Assembly (NCBI GenBank): GCA_947591455.1
Contig: CANQDC010000001.1
Location: 1-56,871 of the forward strand
Direction: 5' to 3'
Source: an uncultured Bacilli bacterium
Lineage (GTDB): Bacteria > Bacillota_I > Bacilli_A > RF39 > UBA660
Length of the DNA stretch: 56,871 nucleotides
Below are positions 18,629 through 27,316 of this stretch, one piece after another. Within the stretch, counting starts at the first letter, position 1. Each line of letters begins with the position of its first letter. The notes under the pieces were generated by a model that saw only the letters and a program-made list of their open reading frames with translations, searched no databases and was not told the origin of the DNA. The position numbers were made by a program, and so were the translations under genes.

Positions 18629-18651
18629 AGACCAAAATGGTCTTTTTTTTT
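18629..18651 (+). terminator. rho-independent terminator after the cotY/Z-like gene
   Basis: AGACCA (18629-18634) / TGGTCT (18638-18643) followed by a run of 8 T. Confidence 0.65.
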
Positions 18652-18687
18652 ATGCAGAAACAAGGAAAAGATAAATTTATGTTGTAT

Positions 18688-19596
18688 ATGAAAAGTAGAG
18701 GTGATCATAAATTGAAAGTAGAAATAAAAAAATTAGAGAATATTAATATGTTAAATGACGCTATGTTTAAAGCCGTGTTTCGAAGTGTAGAAGCTAGAAA
18801 AATGGTAGCCACATTTTTAAGTAGAATCACTGGTATTGAAGAAAGTATTTTGGAGAAAGCTGAGTATCAAGGAGGAGAATTAGTTAAAAATAATATCAAA
18901 GAAAAAGGGAAAGTATCTGATATCATTGTTAAAATTCAAGATGATAATAAGATCATTTTGGAAATGAATCAATTTGTAAGTAATTATATATTTGAAAAAA
19001 ATATGAGTTATGCATTTACTATGTTTGCAGAAACCATACCTTTAAGAGCGAAAAGATATCCATATGTGTATTTAATAAATTTGGATAACTTTAATAAGTT
19101 TAAAACAAAAGAAGGAATATTACATTTTAAAATACGAGATGAATATGGTCATATAGAAACAGAACACTATCAATCAATTCACTTAATTCTTGAAAATATA
19201 ATAGATGAAAAGTATAATGGGGATAAAGAAATAAAAAAGACAGTTGAGTTTTTAAAGAAGAATAATCTAGAAGAAATGAAGAAAGAATATGGGAGTGATG
19301 AGAAATATATGGCAGCAGTAAGAAGAGTGGAGGATCTATCAACAGATCCAAACTTTATAGGGTATTATGATGAAAAAGAAGCAATGCAACAAGATTTAGA
19401 TGACATGTGGGAGACTGGATATGATGAAGAGGAGAAAAAGGGTATAAAGCAAGGTCTTAAACAAGGATTAGAACAAGGAATTAAAACAGAAAAAATAGAA
19501 ATAGCTAAGAAACTTATAGAAACAGATGGAATTGAAAAAGCAAGCTTAATTACTGGTCTATCCATAGAAGAAGTAAAAAAATTAAAAGAGTGTTAA
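18688..19596 (+). CDS. Rpn-family recombination-promoting nuclease / putative transposase (PD-(D/E)XK), copy 1
   Basis: NMLNDAMFKAVF N-terminal motif, nuclease core SDIIVKI...ILEMNQ, and C-terminal GIKQGLKQGLEQGIK repeats. The start is uncertain (18688 or 18748). The track start at 18577 runs through the cotZ 3' end and terminator. Confidence 0.75.
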   Translation: MKSRGDHKLKVEIKKLENINMLNDAMFKAVFRSVEARKMVATFLSRITGIEESILEKAEYQGGELVKNNIKEKGKVSDIIVKIQDDNKIILEMNQFVSNYIFEKNMSYAFTMFAETIPLRAKRYPYVYLINLDNFNKFKTKEGILHFKIRDEYGHIETEHYQSIHLILENIIDEKYNGDKEIKKTVEFLKKNNLEEMKKEYGSDEKYMAAVRRVEDLSTDPNFIGYYDEKEAMQQDLDDMWETGYDEEEKKGIKQGLKQGLEQGIKTEKIEIAKKLIETDGIEKASLITGLSIEEVKKLKEC

Positions 19597-20678
19597 ATAT
19601 TACTAATTTAAATGAAATAGAACAAATTCTTATAAAGAAAGAAAAATATTCAAATAAGAATTTGTTTTTTTTGTGGCATGTCGAAGGAAATTAGCGATTT
19701 GCAATAGTAAAAATAATTTGTTAATTTTTCTTCTAGAAATGGAGGAACATTAAATGACAAGTATTCAAGAAGGAGAAAAAACACCTACTTTAAAAACTTT
19801 TAATATGTTAAATGATGCTATGTTTAAAGCTGTGTTTCGAAGTGTAGAAGCTAGAAAAATGGTAGCTACATTTTTAAGTAGAATCACTGGTATTGAAGAA
19901 AGTATTTTGGAGAAAGCTGAGTATCAAGGAGGAGAATTAGTTAAAAATAATATCAAAGAAAAAGGGAAAGTATCTGATATCATTGTTAAAATTCAAGATG
20001 ATAATAAGATCATTTTGGAAATGAATCAATTTGTAAGTAATTATATATTTGAAAAAAATATGAGTTATGCATTTACTATGTTTGCAGAAACCATACCTTT
20101 AAGAGCGAAAAGATATCCATATGTGTATTTAATAAATTTGGATAACTTTAATAAGTTTAAAACAAAAGAAGGAATATTACATTTTAAAATACGAGATGAA
20201 TATGGTCATATAGAAACAGAACACTATCAATCAATTCACTTAATTCTTGAAAATATAATAGATGAAAAGTATAATGGGGATAAAGAAATAAAAAAGACAG
20301 TTGAGTTTTTAAAGAAGAATAATCTAGAAGAAATGAAGAAAGAATATGGGAGTGATGAGAAATATATGGCAGCAGTAAGAAGAGTGGAAGATCTATCAAC
20401 AGATCCAAACTTTATAGGGTACTATGATGAAAAAGAAGCAATGCAACAAGATTTAGATGACATGTGGGAGACTGGATATGATGAAGGAGAGAAAAAGGGT
20501 ATAAAGCAAGGCCTTAAGCAAGGATTAGAACAAGGAATTAAAAAAGAAAAGATAGAAATAGCTAAAAGTTTACTAGGAGTCTTATCAATAGAAGATATAG
20601 CTAAACATACTAAACTTTCCATAGAAGAAGTAAAAAAATTAAATGATTGTTAAATATTACTAATTTAAATGAAATAGA
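18740..20678 (+). repeat. tandem direct repeat, period 1057 bp (two Rpn gene copies)
   Basis: Unit 1 (about 18740-19621) and unit 2 (about 19797-20678) align without indels. ATG 18748 corresponds to 19805 and the stops at 19596 and 20653 correspond. Only a few substitutions occur until the 3' 150 or so nt. Confidence 0.9.
19754..20653 (+). CDS. Rpn-family recombination-promoting nuclease / putative transposase, copy 2
   Basis: RBS GGAGGA upstream. From MLND to MWETGYDE the protein is identical to copy 1; the last 50 or so aa differ. Confidence 0.85.
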   Translation: MTSIQEGEKTPTLKTFNMLNDAMFKAVFRSVEARKMVATFLSRITGIEESILEKAEYQGGELVKNNIKEKGKVSDIIVKIQDDNKIILEMNQFVSNYIFEKNMSYAFTMFAETIPLRAKRYPYVYLINLDNFNKFKTKEGILHFKIRDEYGHIETEHYQSIHLILENIIDEKYNGDKEIKKTVEFLKKNNLEEMKKEYGSDEKYMAAVRRVEDLSTDPNFIGYYDEKEAMQQDLDDMWETGYDEGEKKGIKQGLKQGLEQGIKKEKIEIAKSLLGVLSIEDIAKHTKLSIEEVKKLNDC

Positions 20679-21030
20679 TATAAAGAAAGAATATAGGAGT
20701 GATGAGAAATATATGGCAGCAGTAAGAAGAGTGGAAGATTTATCAACAGATCCAAACTTTATAGGGTATTATGATGAAAAAGAAGCGATGCAACAAGATT
20801 TAGATGACATGTGGGAGACTGGATATGATGAAGGAGAAAAAAAGGGGCTTGAGCAAGGCCTAACGCAAGGTCTTAAACAAGGAATGAAGCAAGGCTTGGA
20901 ACGTGGTGCTCATGAAAAACAAATTGAAATAGCTAAGAAACTTATAGAAACAGATGGAATTGAAAAGGCAAGCTTAATTACTGGATTATCTATAGAAGAA
21001 CTACAAGAAATCAAAGATACTAATAAGTAA
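20647..21030 (+). CDS. stand-alone Rpn C-terminal-domain fragment (truncated third copy; possibly a pseudogene)
   Basis: Homologous only to the last 115 or so aa of copies 1 and 2. The track start is TTG with no clear RBS. An internal in-frame ATG is at about 20713. Confidence 0.45.
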   Translation: MLNITNLNEIDIKKEYRSDEKYMAAVRRVEDLSTDPNFIGYYDEKEAMQQDLDDMWETGYDEGEKKGLEQGLTQGLKQGMKQGLERGAHEKQIEIAKKLIETDGIEKASLITGLSIEELQEIKDTNK

Positions 21031-21036
21031 AAAAAA

Positions 21037-21077
21037 TGAGAATTCTTCACTTCACTTAAAAGAATTCTCATTTTTTA
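21037..21077. terminator. bidirectional terminator between the Rpn array and the minus-strand operon
   Basis: 10-bp stem TGAGAATTCT (21037-21046) / AGAATTCTCA (21061-21070), flanked by an A-run upstream and a T-run downstream. Confidence 0.7.
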
Positions 21078-21965
21078 TTCATTATATAATCTATAAAGAG
21101 AAATAGAGGGTGGATTCAAAAAACGAATTGGATATTTATAAGTTCCTAAGCCATTTGTAATGTACATACTGATTTGTTTTTTATGATAATAATGTTTTTG
21201 ATATTTATTAATACCTTCTTGATTTAATAAGTATCCATAAAAAGGAATATTAATTAAACCATTTAATGTATGTCCAGCAAAAATAATATTTGGACGAATA
21301 TTATTTTCTAATAAAGTATCAAAAAGTACAGGTTCATGGCTTAACCAGATTTTAAAATATTCAGTATCATTTTCATTAGTTTGAATCGCTTTAGTAATAT
21401 CACATTCTTGCTCTAAAATAGAGGAAGTTCCAATAAATTGAATAGGTGTATTTCCCTTGTAATAAATAAGCTCATTGCTATTATCTAAGACAGTAAAGGA
21501 AGCATGCTGCATGATTTCTATATATTTGTCCTTATTGATATAATCAGAATTTCCGCAAACTGCATATTTATGAATAGAAGCTTGCAAATCGCTTAAAATA
21601 TTTTGAATCGAATCAAAATTTTGATCTGTATAATTTATAGAATCGTCAAATAAGTCTCCTGTATAAACAATGACATCTGGTTTTAATTCATTAATCTTTT
21701 TTACAATCCTTTTTAGCTCTTTATCATTAATTGTTTTGCCATAATGAATATCCGAAAAATGAACAATTTTAAACCCATTAAATTCTACAGGCAATTTTTT
21801 ATCTACGATTGCTTCTTCTTTTACAACAAGAATCTTTGGTTCAATCCAAAAGATATATACAAAAAAGAAAATAATTAGAAGTAAAAAAAACAATAAAACT
21901 GTTTTAAGAACTTTTTTAATTTTTGATTGTGTATTTATATTACTTTCATCCATAAGATCACCCAA
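21075..21965 (-). CDS. membrane-anchored metallophosphoesterase (YkuE/YaeI-like)
   Basis: N-terminal TM plus calcineurin-like motifs SDIHYG, GDLFDD, GNSDY and GHTLNG. Confidence 0.85.
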   Translation of the reverse strand: MGDLMDESNINTQSKIKKVLKTVLLFFLLLIIFFFVYIFWIEPKILVVKEEAIVDKKLPVEFNGFKIVHFSDIHYGKTINDKELKRIVKKINELKPDVIVYTGDLFDDSINYTDQNFDSIQNILSDLQASIHKYAVCGNSDYINKDKYIEIMQHASFTVLDNSNELIYYKGNTPIQFIGTSSILEQECDITKAIQTNENDTEYFKIWLSHEPVLFDTLLENNIRPNIIFAGHTLNGLINIPFYGYLLNQEGINKYQKHYYHKKQISMYITNGLGTYKYPIRFLNPPSISLYRLYNE

Positions 21966-22680
21966 TTAAAAAATAAGAAAATAAAATTAATAAAACAGAC
22001 AAAAAGTTGTGTATCATATGTGGAACAATAGAAGAAAAAATATTGTTTGTTTCATAGTAAGATTTAGCAAAGAAAAAACCTAAAGAACCATATGGAATAA
22101 TAAATAAAAATTCACTAGCATGAGCAAGTATATTTTGTATCGTAAAAGAATCAAAAGCTGTACTAACATGTAAAAAAGCAAATATAAATGCTGAAAAAAG
22201 AGCATAAGGAATTTTTTTAGTAAACGAAGATCGAAAACAAAAGCGAAATACAAGTTCTTCTAAAAAAGGACCAATGAGAATAATTGTTGGAAAAGCATAA
22301 AGCGGAAATTTTAAAATAGTTTCTCGAGTTGTTTGTTCATTAACAGCAATATTTCCAACAATTGAAGTAACAATTAAATTAGAAATAATCATTACAATAA
22401 TTCCATAGGCCCAATAAGTAAATCCTTTACTCAAAATTGGTTTAGGATTATGAATAAATTCTTTAAATTGTTTAAAAATTTCTTTTCTTACAATAAATAA
22501 AATGACTAAAAAAGTTCCCAAATAAACAGCTAAATAAGATAAATTAGAAATCCAAAAATTAGAACTTTCAATCCCATTTTTAAAAAAAAGAGCAAGAATA
22601 TTTGGACAGATTAAATAATAAAGAAAAAAGATAAATGCTCCAAAAGCAATACCTTTAAAAAACTTTTTTACTTTTTCCAT
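21958..22680 (-). CDS. CPBP-family intramembrane glutamic endopeptidase (CAAX protease-like)
   Basis: Multi-TM protein with motifs EELVFRFCFR, FAFLHV and HMIHNF. Confidence 0.8.
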   Translation of the reverse strand: MEKVKKFFKGIAFGAFIFFLYYLICPNILALFFKNGIESSNFWISNLSYLAVYLGTFLVILFIVRKEIFKQFKEFIHNPKPILSKGFTYWAYGIIVMIISNLIVTSIVGNIAVNEQTTRETILKFPLYAFPTIILIGPFLEELVFRFCFRSSFTKKIPYALFSAFIFAFLHVSTAFDSFTIQNILAHASEFLFIIPYGSLGFFFAKSYYETNNIFSSIVPHMIHNFLSVLLILFSYFLIG

Positions 22681-23129
22681 TATTTAATATACCCCAATGA
22701 TTGTAATCTCTCAATTATTTTTGTTTTAGATGCATATCCTACTAAACGATTTAAAGTAGTTTTTTCTTTCCCATCAATAAAGAAGAAAGTGGTAGGAGTA
22801 CCAGAAAAATTAACATATTTATTTAGTACTTCTTTATCAGAATCATTTAACTCCGTAATATTAATTACATTTGCTTTTAAATCATAATCAGCTAAAGTTC
22901 GATCAAGCTCAGGTAAATATTGTTTACAATGACTACATCCTGTTTGACTAACGACCAAAATAAAAGTTTCTTGATCACTTACTTTTTTTTCTAGATCAGC
23001 TACTTCAATATATTGAAGATTAGTAGAATAATCTTTACTAAAAGCAAAATGATAAACTAAAAAGATTCCAATCAAAACAATGATAGCTATTAGAATATAA
23101 AGTTTAAAATTCCGATTTTTATTTTTCAT
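22680..23129 (-). CDS. membrane-anchored thioredoxin-fold protein (CxxC thiol-disulfide oxidoreductase-like)
   Basis: N-terminal TM, active-site-like GCSHC, and a thioredoxin-like beta-alpha pattern with GTPTTFF (cis-Pro region). Confidence 0.7.
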   Translation of the reverse strand: MKNKNRNFKLYILIAIIVLIGIFLVYHFAFSKDYSTNLQYIEVADLEKKVSDQETFILVVSQTGCSHCKQYLPELDRTLADYDLKANVINITELNDSDKEVLNKYVNFSGTPTTFFFIDGKEKTTLNRLVGYASKTKIIERLQSLGYIK

Positions 23130-23183
23130 TTTTTATCACCATTTAAAATATATCATAACTTGGTTCGTAATTCAATTTCTTTC

Positions 23184-23212
23184 TTGTATTTGTATTATCA
23201 CTGTGTTATAAT
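23184..23212 (+). promoter_or_regulatory. sigma-A type promoter with extended -10, upstream of the Tad/T4SS cluster
   Basis: TTGTAT (23184-23189), a 17-nt spacer ending in TGT, then TATAAT (23207-23212). It lies 31 nt upstream of the first cluster gene. Confidence 0.55.
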
Positions 23213-23242
23213 TTAGCCATGAGATTTTAGGTTGGTGAAAAA

Positions 23243-23974
23243 ATGAAAAAAAATGTTTTAGGTGTGATGCTAGCTTTATCATTATTATTACCAATAAATA
23301 TACAGGCAGAAAGTACTTGTAATTATAATGAACAAGCTGAGTTAAATAATATTGCAGCAAATGTGAAAGCAAATTATGAAAGTACTCAAGTATATGCTGG
23401 AAAAGCAGCAAATTCCGATGACTTGAGTGAAGAAGTGGATTTGTATAATTGGGCATTAAAAATTAATATTTTAAATGTAACAGAAGATATTTTTATAAAA
23501 GTAAAAGATAAAAATACAGGGGAAGAAAAATTATATTCTCCAAAAGAAGCAATAGATGGTATCATATCTTTTACGCACGAAGATATTAGTCAAACAGACA
23601 ATTTAACGATTGAAATATATGCAAATAAATATGATTGCGCTGGAGATCTACTTCAAAAAATTGAATTACTAATTCCACAATATAATCCATACTCAGATTA
23701 TGGAATATGTGATACATATACAGATTATTATTACTGTCAACAATTCATTACCGGAGAAAATATACCTGAAGAAGATTTCTGGTTGAAAGTAGAAGAAATG
23801 CAAGAACAAGAAGAAAAAGAACAGCAACAAGAAGAACAAGGCTTCTTTGTTAAAATAAAAAATTTTTATAAAGAGAATAAAGTAACAATTAATATACTAG
23901 GAAGTATAGTAGTAGTTGGAGGGGTAGTTACTACAGTGATACTAATTAAAAAAAGAAGGAGTAGAGTTTTATGA
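23243..23974 (+). CDS. secreted protein with a C-terminal membrane anchor (cluster gene 1)
   Basis: Signal peptide MKKNVLGVMLALSLLLPINIQAES, an E/Q-rich linker, and a C-terminal TM plus KKRRSRVL. It has an ATGA overlap with the next gene. Confidence 0.6.
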   Translation: MKKNVLGVMLALSLLLPINIQAESTCNYNEQAELNNIAANVKANYESTQVYAGKAANSDDLSEEVDLYNWALKINILNVTEDIFIKVKDKNTGEEKLYSPKEAIDGIISFTHEDISQTDNLTIEIYANKYDCAGDLLQKIELLIPQYNPYSDYGICDTYTDYYYCQQFITGENIPEEDFWLKVEEMQEQEEKEQQQEEQGFFVKIKNFYKENKVTINILGSIVVVGGVVTTVILIKKRRSRVL

Positions 23975-26877
23975 TAAAAAACAAATTTAAACTTTTAATT
24001 AGTATATCCTTACTTGGTATGTTATTTAATACCAATACGGTAAATGCCTTGAATGCAAGAGTTTGGGAGCCAGATGAAGGAGTTAACAACTCTGGTTTAA
24101 GATATAATTATCCTTCTACTGGATTAGCAGGTGATAAGGGTTATTTCTACTATAGTAGCCCAACGTTATATGTAAGATACGGTGGTAAAGAGTATCAAGC
24201 ATTTTGTACCGAGCCTGGAAAACATATGGCTACAAGTGGCTCAGGAGCTGATAATGCTACGTGTAAACCTATTTCTGATTCTAGACAAGCATTAGCAATG
24301 AATTATGTTATTAATAGCAATGCTAGTGATATAATTAAGGAACTAGCGGTCCGTATATTAGCAGCTGGATTAAATATAAGTTCAAAAGGATCGCCTACGT
24401 GTCCAAAATATGGTAGCATAGACAGTAAATATTATGCTCTATTAAATACCTATTACGATATTACTGGAGAAACAAGTAAGAAAAAAAATTCAGCTTATAA
24501 TATAACTGGGAACGAAAGTAACTTAAATGGTGCAAAAAACTTAGTATCGGAAGCATTAAAATATGCAGATCAACATAGTGGTAGCAGCTCAAGTTCATCA
24601 AGCTCATCAAGTAGTTCAAGTACTGTTAAAGAAAAATTAGCTCTTATTCAAGATTCGGCCACTTCAACAGCGGATAATTACACAGTTAAATATCAAGTGA
24701 GTACAATCGATGGAAGTAGTGTTGATGTTAATTTTAGATGTACAAATTGTACGATTTCGCCTCAAACTGTTACAGTTACAGGAAATTCTCAAATAATTAC
24801 TGTAAGTGTTACAAAGCCAAATTGTTCGTTTAAAATTGATGCTTATTATAATCCTTTTGGTAATAATAATGGCAACAACAATAATAATGAAAATCAATAT
24901 ACCGCTTTTCTTTGTACACAAGAAGGTGCAACATGCTTTCAAAAAACAATTGCTTTGATTAGTACTACAGAAGCTGGTGGTAATAGCACGGGTTCAGGTA
25001 CAGGACAAAGTACGTATGATCCAAATACACCAACTCAAACATTCAATAAAACTGTTCCTTCTTCAACTGGAGGAGATTATTACAATACTTATTGTCGAAC
25101 TGAATGTGATGATGGAGATGGAAAATCTCAAGTAAACATTCCAGAATATTGTGACAGTGATGAAGGCAAAGAAATGTCTATTAGTGGTCCTAAAAATGTA
25201 TATTGCGTAATGCGTTATTCAGATGAAGCCGGAAATTCATATCAAGATACAACACAAGTTTCTGCAACAAATAGGTATTGTTCAGTCTTTTGTAAAGAAG
25301 ATTATAATATGAGCCTTCCTGGAGCAACTTATGCAAATAGTGGTAGATACTTTAATTTAAAAAATACACGTGTTACAGGTACTCGTTCATGTTATATAAC
25401 AGGTGCAGCAGATACAAATGTCGATGGAATTGATTTAGCACAATTTAAAACAGATGTTATCAATGCACAAACGGCTCTTGTAGAAGCATATAATAGTTAT
25501 AATGAACAAAATTCATGTCGAAACAATTCAACATTTACTAGATATAATATTTCTTGTGATAATAATACTGGACAATGTTCAGTGTCAGCAACTTCAGCAA
25601 CATGCTTAACTACCACCAATGGTGGAGACATATCTAGTGTTAATTTTGCTAAATCAAATTTAAAATCAATTTTAAGTGAAATCTCAAGTTGCTATAATTG
25701 GACGAATGATTTCTGTTTTGACCCAAATATTGAATTTGAATATAGTGAACCATACAAAGATGTAAAATTTAGTGAAATTCCGAATACTAGAACCACGAAT
25801 GAAAATAATGCATCTGGTCGTGGATTAAATAGAAATGGTACAATTCAAAGCCCAATAACTAATGGTATTTCAGATGTTTCTTTTGCTAGCTGTAATGAAA
25901 ATGGATGTACTAATAATGGGGAAACTGCTAAAAATATTTCTACAACGATTACACATATGAGTAAAGTAAAAACGATTTCAGCAGAATATAACAATACCCA
26001 ATCCTTTGCTACAAATTATCCACATGGTAGTATTGAAGCAATACCTGAAAATAAACGTAATAATTTGAGAAATAACTATTCTTATTTAGGAACAGTATTC
26101 CCAACGGCTTTAAAAACAGAACGTGGAGTATATAATTGGACATTAAACTTTAAAGATATTGGCCAATATAATAATGAAAATAATTGTAAATTAGGACGTT
26201 TGAATAAAGTAGCAACAGCTTTGAATAAAGACTTAAAGGATAATATTGGTTATGTTTGTGTATATGTAGTCGATTGTCCTGAGTGTACATATGATTGTAA
26301 ATGTGATGATGACTATCCAGCAGGATATACTTGCTATAAAAGGGATCAAATGCATTGTGATATAGATTATAAGTGTGATCCAGCAACTGATCCAAATTGT
26401 CCACCACATGATGATGATTGTCCAGATTGTGATGTTTACTGTGCATCAACAGATGATTATTGCTTATTTGATGGCAAGAGTGTATATACTTATCGAACCA
26501 TTTCATTATCTAATATTAATCCAAATGGTCGTCAACTAGGAATTAACTGGACAAATGAAAAAGGGCAAACAACATTGGATGAAATTCAAAGCGAAAATGA
26601 AAATGTTTATAAAGAAGCAGAATATTCTTATACAATTACACCAACCCAAATGAAAAATATAAGAGATTTAAATGCTGAAAAAGGAACATATATTACAGAA
26701 GATTTGGATTTCCATTCACTATCAAAAAATGGAACGACATATGAAAATGCTTATGGAACAAGTTCATTCTTGGATAATACAAATAAAAAATATTTTACTC
26801 AAAATAAACGAAATACAGAATGGACTTTATGGACTGGAGATATAAATAACGAAGGCTCTGGACCATCATGGAAATAG
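23971..26877 (+). CDS. large secreted Cys-rich surface protein (candidate adhesin or pilus-associated protein)
   Basis: 968 aa with a signal peptide, a run of 13 Ser, an Asn-rich tract, many Cys throughout, and a Cys/Asp-dense module near aa 767-835. Confidence 0.65.
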   Translation: MIKNKFKLLISISLLGMLFNTNTVNALNARVWEPDEGVNNSGLRYNYPSTGLAGDKGYFYYSSPTLYVRYGGKEYQAFCTEPGKHMATSGSGADNATCKPISDSRQALAMNYVINSNASDIIKELAVRILAAGLNISSKGSPTCPKYGSIDSKYYALLNTYYDITGETSKKKNSAYNITGNESNLNGAKNLVSEALKYADQHSGSSSSSSSSSSSSSTVKEKLALIQDSATSTADNYTVKYQVSTIDGSSVDVNFRCTNCTISPQTVTVTGNSQIITVSVTKPNCSFKIDAYYNPFGNNNGNNNNNENQYTAFLCTQEGATCFQKTIALISTTEAGGNSTGSGTGQSTYDPNTPTQTFNKTVPSSTGGDYYNTYCRTECDDGDGKSQVNIPEYCDSDEGKEMSISGPKNVYCVMRYSDEAGNSYQDTTQVSATNRYCSVFCKEDYNMSLPGATYANSGRYFNLKNTRVTGTRSCYITGAADTNVDGIDLAQFKTDVINAQTALVEAYNSYNEQNSCRNNSTFTRYNISCDNNTGQCSVSATSATCLTTTNGGDISSVNFAKSNLKSILSEISSCYNWTNDFCFDPNIEFEYSEPYKDVKFSEIPNTRTTNENNASGRGLNRNGTIQSPITNGISDVSFASCNENGCTNNGETAKNISTTITHMSKVKTISAEYNNTQSFATNYPHGSIEAIPENKRNNLRNNYSYLGTVFPTALKTERGVYNWTLNFKDIGQYNNENNCKLGRLNKVATALNKDLKDNIGYVCVYVVDCPECTYDCKCDDDYPAGYTCYKRDQMHCDIDYKCDPATDPNCPPHDDDCPDCDVYCASTDDYCLFDGKSVYTYRTISLSNINPNGRQLGINWTNEKGQTTLDEIQSENENVYKEAEYSYTITPTQMKNIRDLNAEKGTYITEDLDFHSLSKNGTTYENAYGTSSFLDNTNKKYFTQNKRNTEWTLWTGDINNEGSGPSWK

Positions 26878-26894
26878 AAATGGGGGACTAGTCA

Positions 26895-27302
26895 GTGAAA
26901 GAATCATATTGGGGTTATTGGTTGATTACTTTGGGGGTATTTGTAATTATTATCATGATGTTAATTTCTAATATTACAACCAAAAATACACAAGATTATT
27001 ATTTGATAAAAGAAGTATCAGAAGCCGCTATGGTCGATGCCATTAATTTAGGATACTATAGAGAATATGGTGAATTAAAAATGGATCGTGAAAAATATAT
27101 TGAATCCTTTTTAAGAAGATTTGCTGAAAATGAAAGCTTAAATACCTATCAAATTGATTTTTATGGTATTTATGAAGCACCACCAAAAGCTAGTGTGAAA
27201 GTAACAAGTAAAAGTGGAAGCTTTATAATTGCTGGGGATTCAACAAATTTTGATATAGTAAACAAATTAGATGCTATATTAGAAGTTGGCACAACAGAGT
27301 AA
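26895..27302 (+). CDS. TadE/pseudopilin-like small protein
   Basis: GTG start with RBS TGGGGGA. The N-terminus MKESYWGYWLITLGVFVIIIMML has the same architecture as the MREAIGGTW proteins at 31788 and 32311. Confidence 0.45.
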   Translation: MKESYWGYWLITLGVFVIIIMMLISNITTKNTQDYYLIKEVSEAAMVDAINLGYYREYGELKMDREKYIESFLRRFAENESLNTYQIDFYGIYEAPPKASVKVTSKSGSFIIAGDSTNFDIVNKLDAILEVGTTE

Positions 27303-27316
27303 ATGGAGGATAAAAA

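Noticed and set aside
18577-18687. Long N-terminal extension of Rpn copy 1 overlapping the cotY/Z-like gene
   Set aside because: It runs through the cotZ-like stop codon and its terminator hairpin and T-run (18629-18651). Similarity to copy 2 begins only at about 18740.
23880-23974. C-terminal hydrophobic segment plus KKRRSRVL as a sortase sorting signal
   Set aside because: There is no LPXTG-like motif upstream of the hydrophobic segment and no sortase gene in the cluster. I treat it as a simple tail anchor.
24583-24621. Ser13 tract as a phase-variable simple sequence repeat
   Set aside because: The codons are heterogeneous (AGC/TCA/AGT in irregular order), so there is no repeated nucleotide unit to slip.
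26150-26506. 118-aa His/Asn/Tyr-rich ORF on the minus strand
   Set aside because: It is exactly antisense to the Cys/Asp-dense module of the 968-aa protein. Its composition is the mirror image of GAT/TGT/GAC codons, and it has no RBS.
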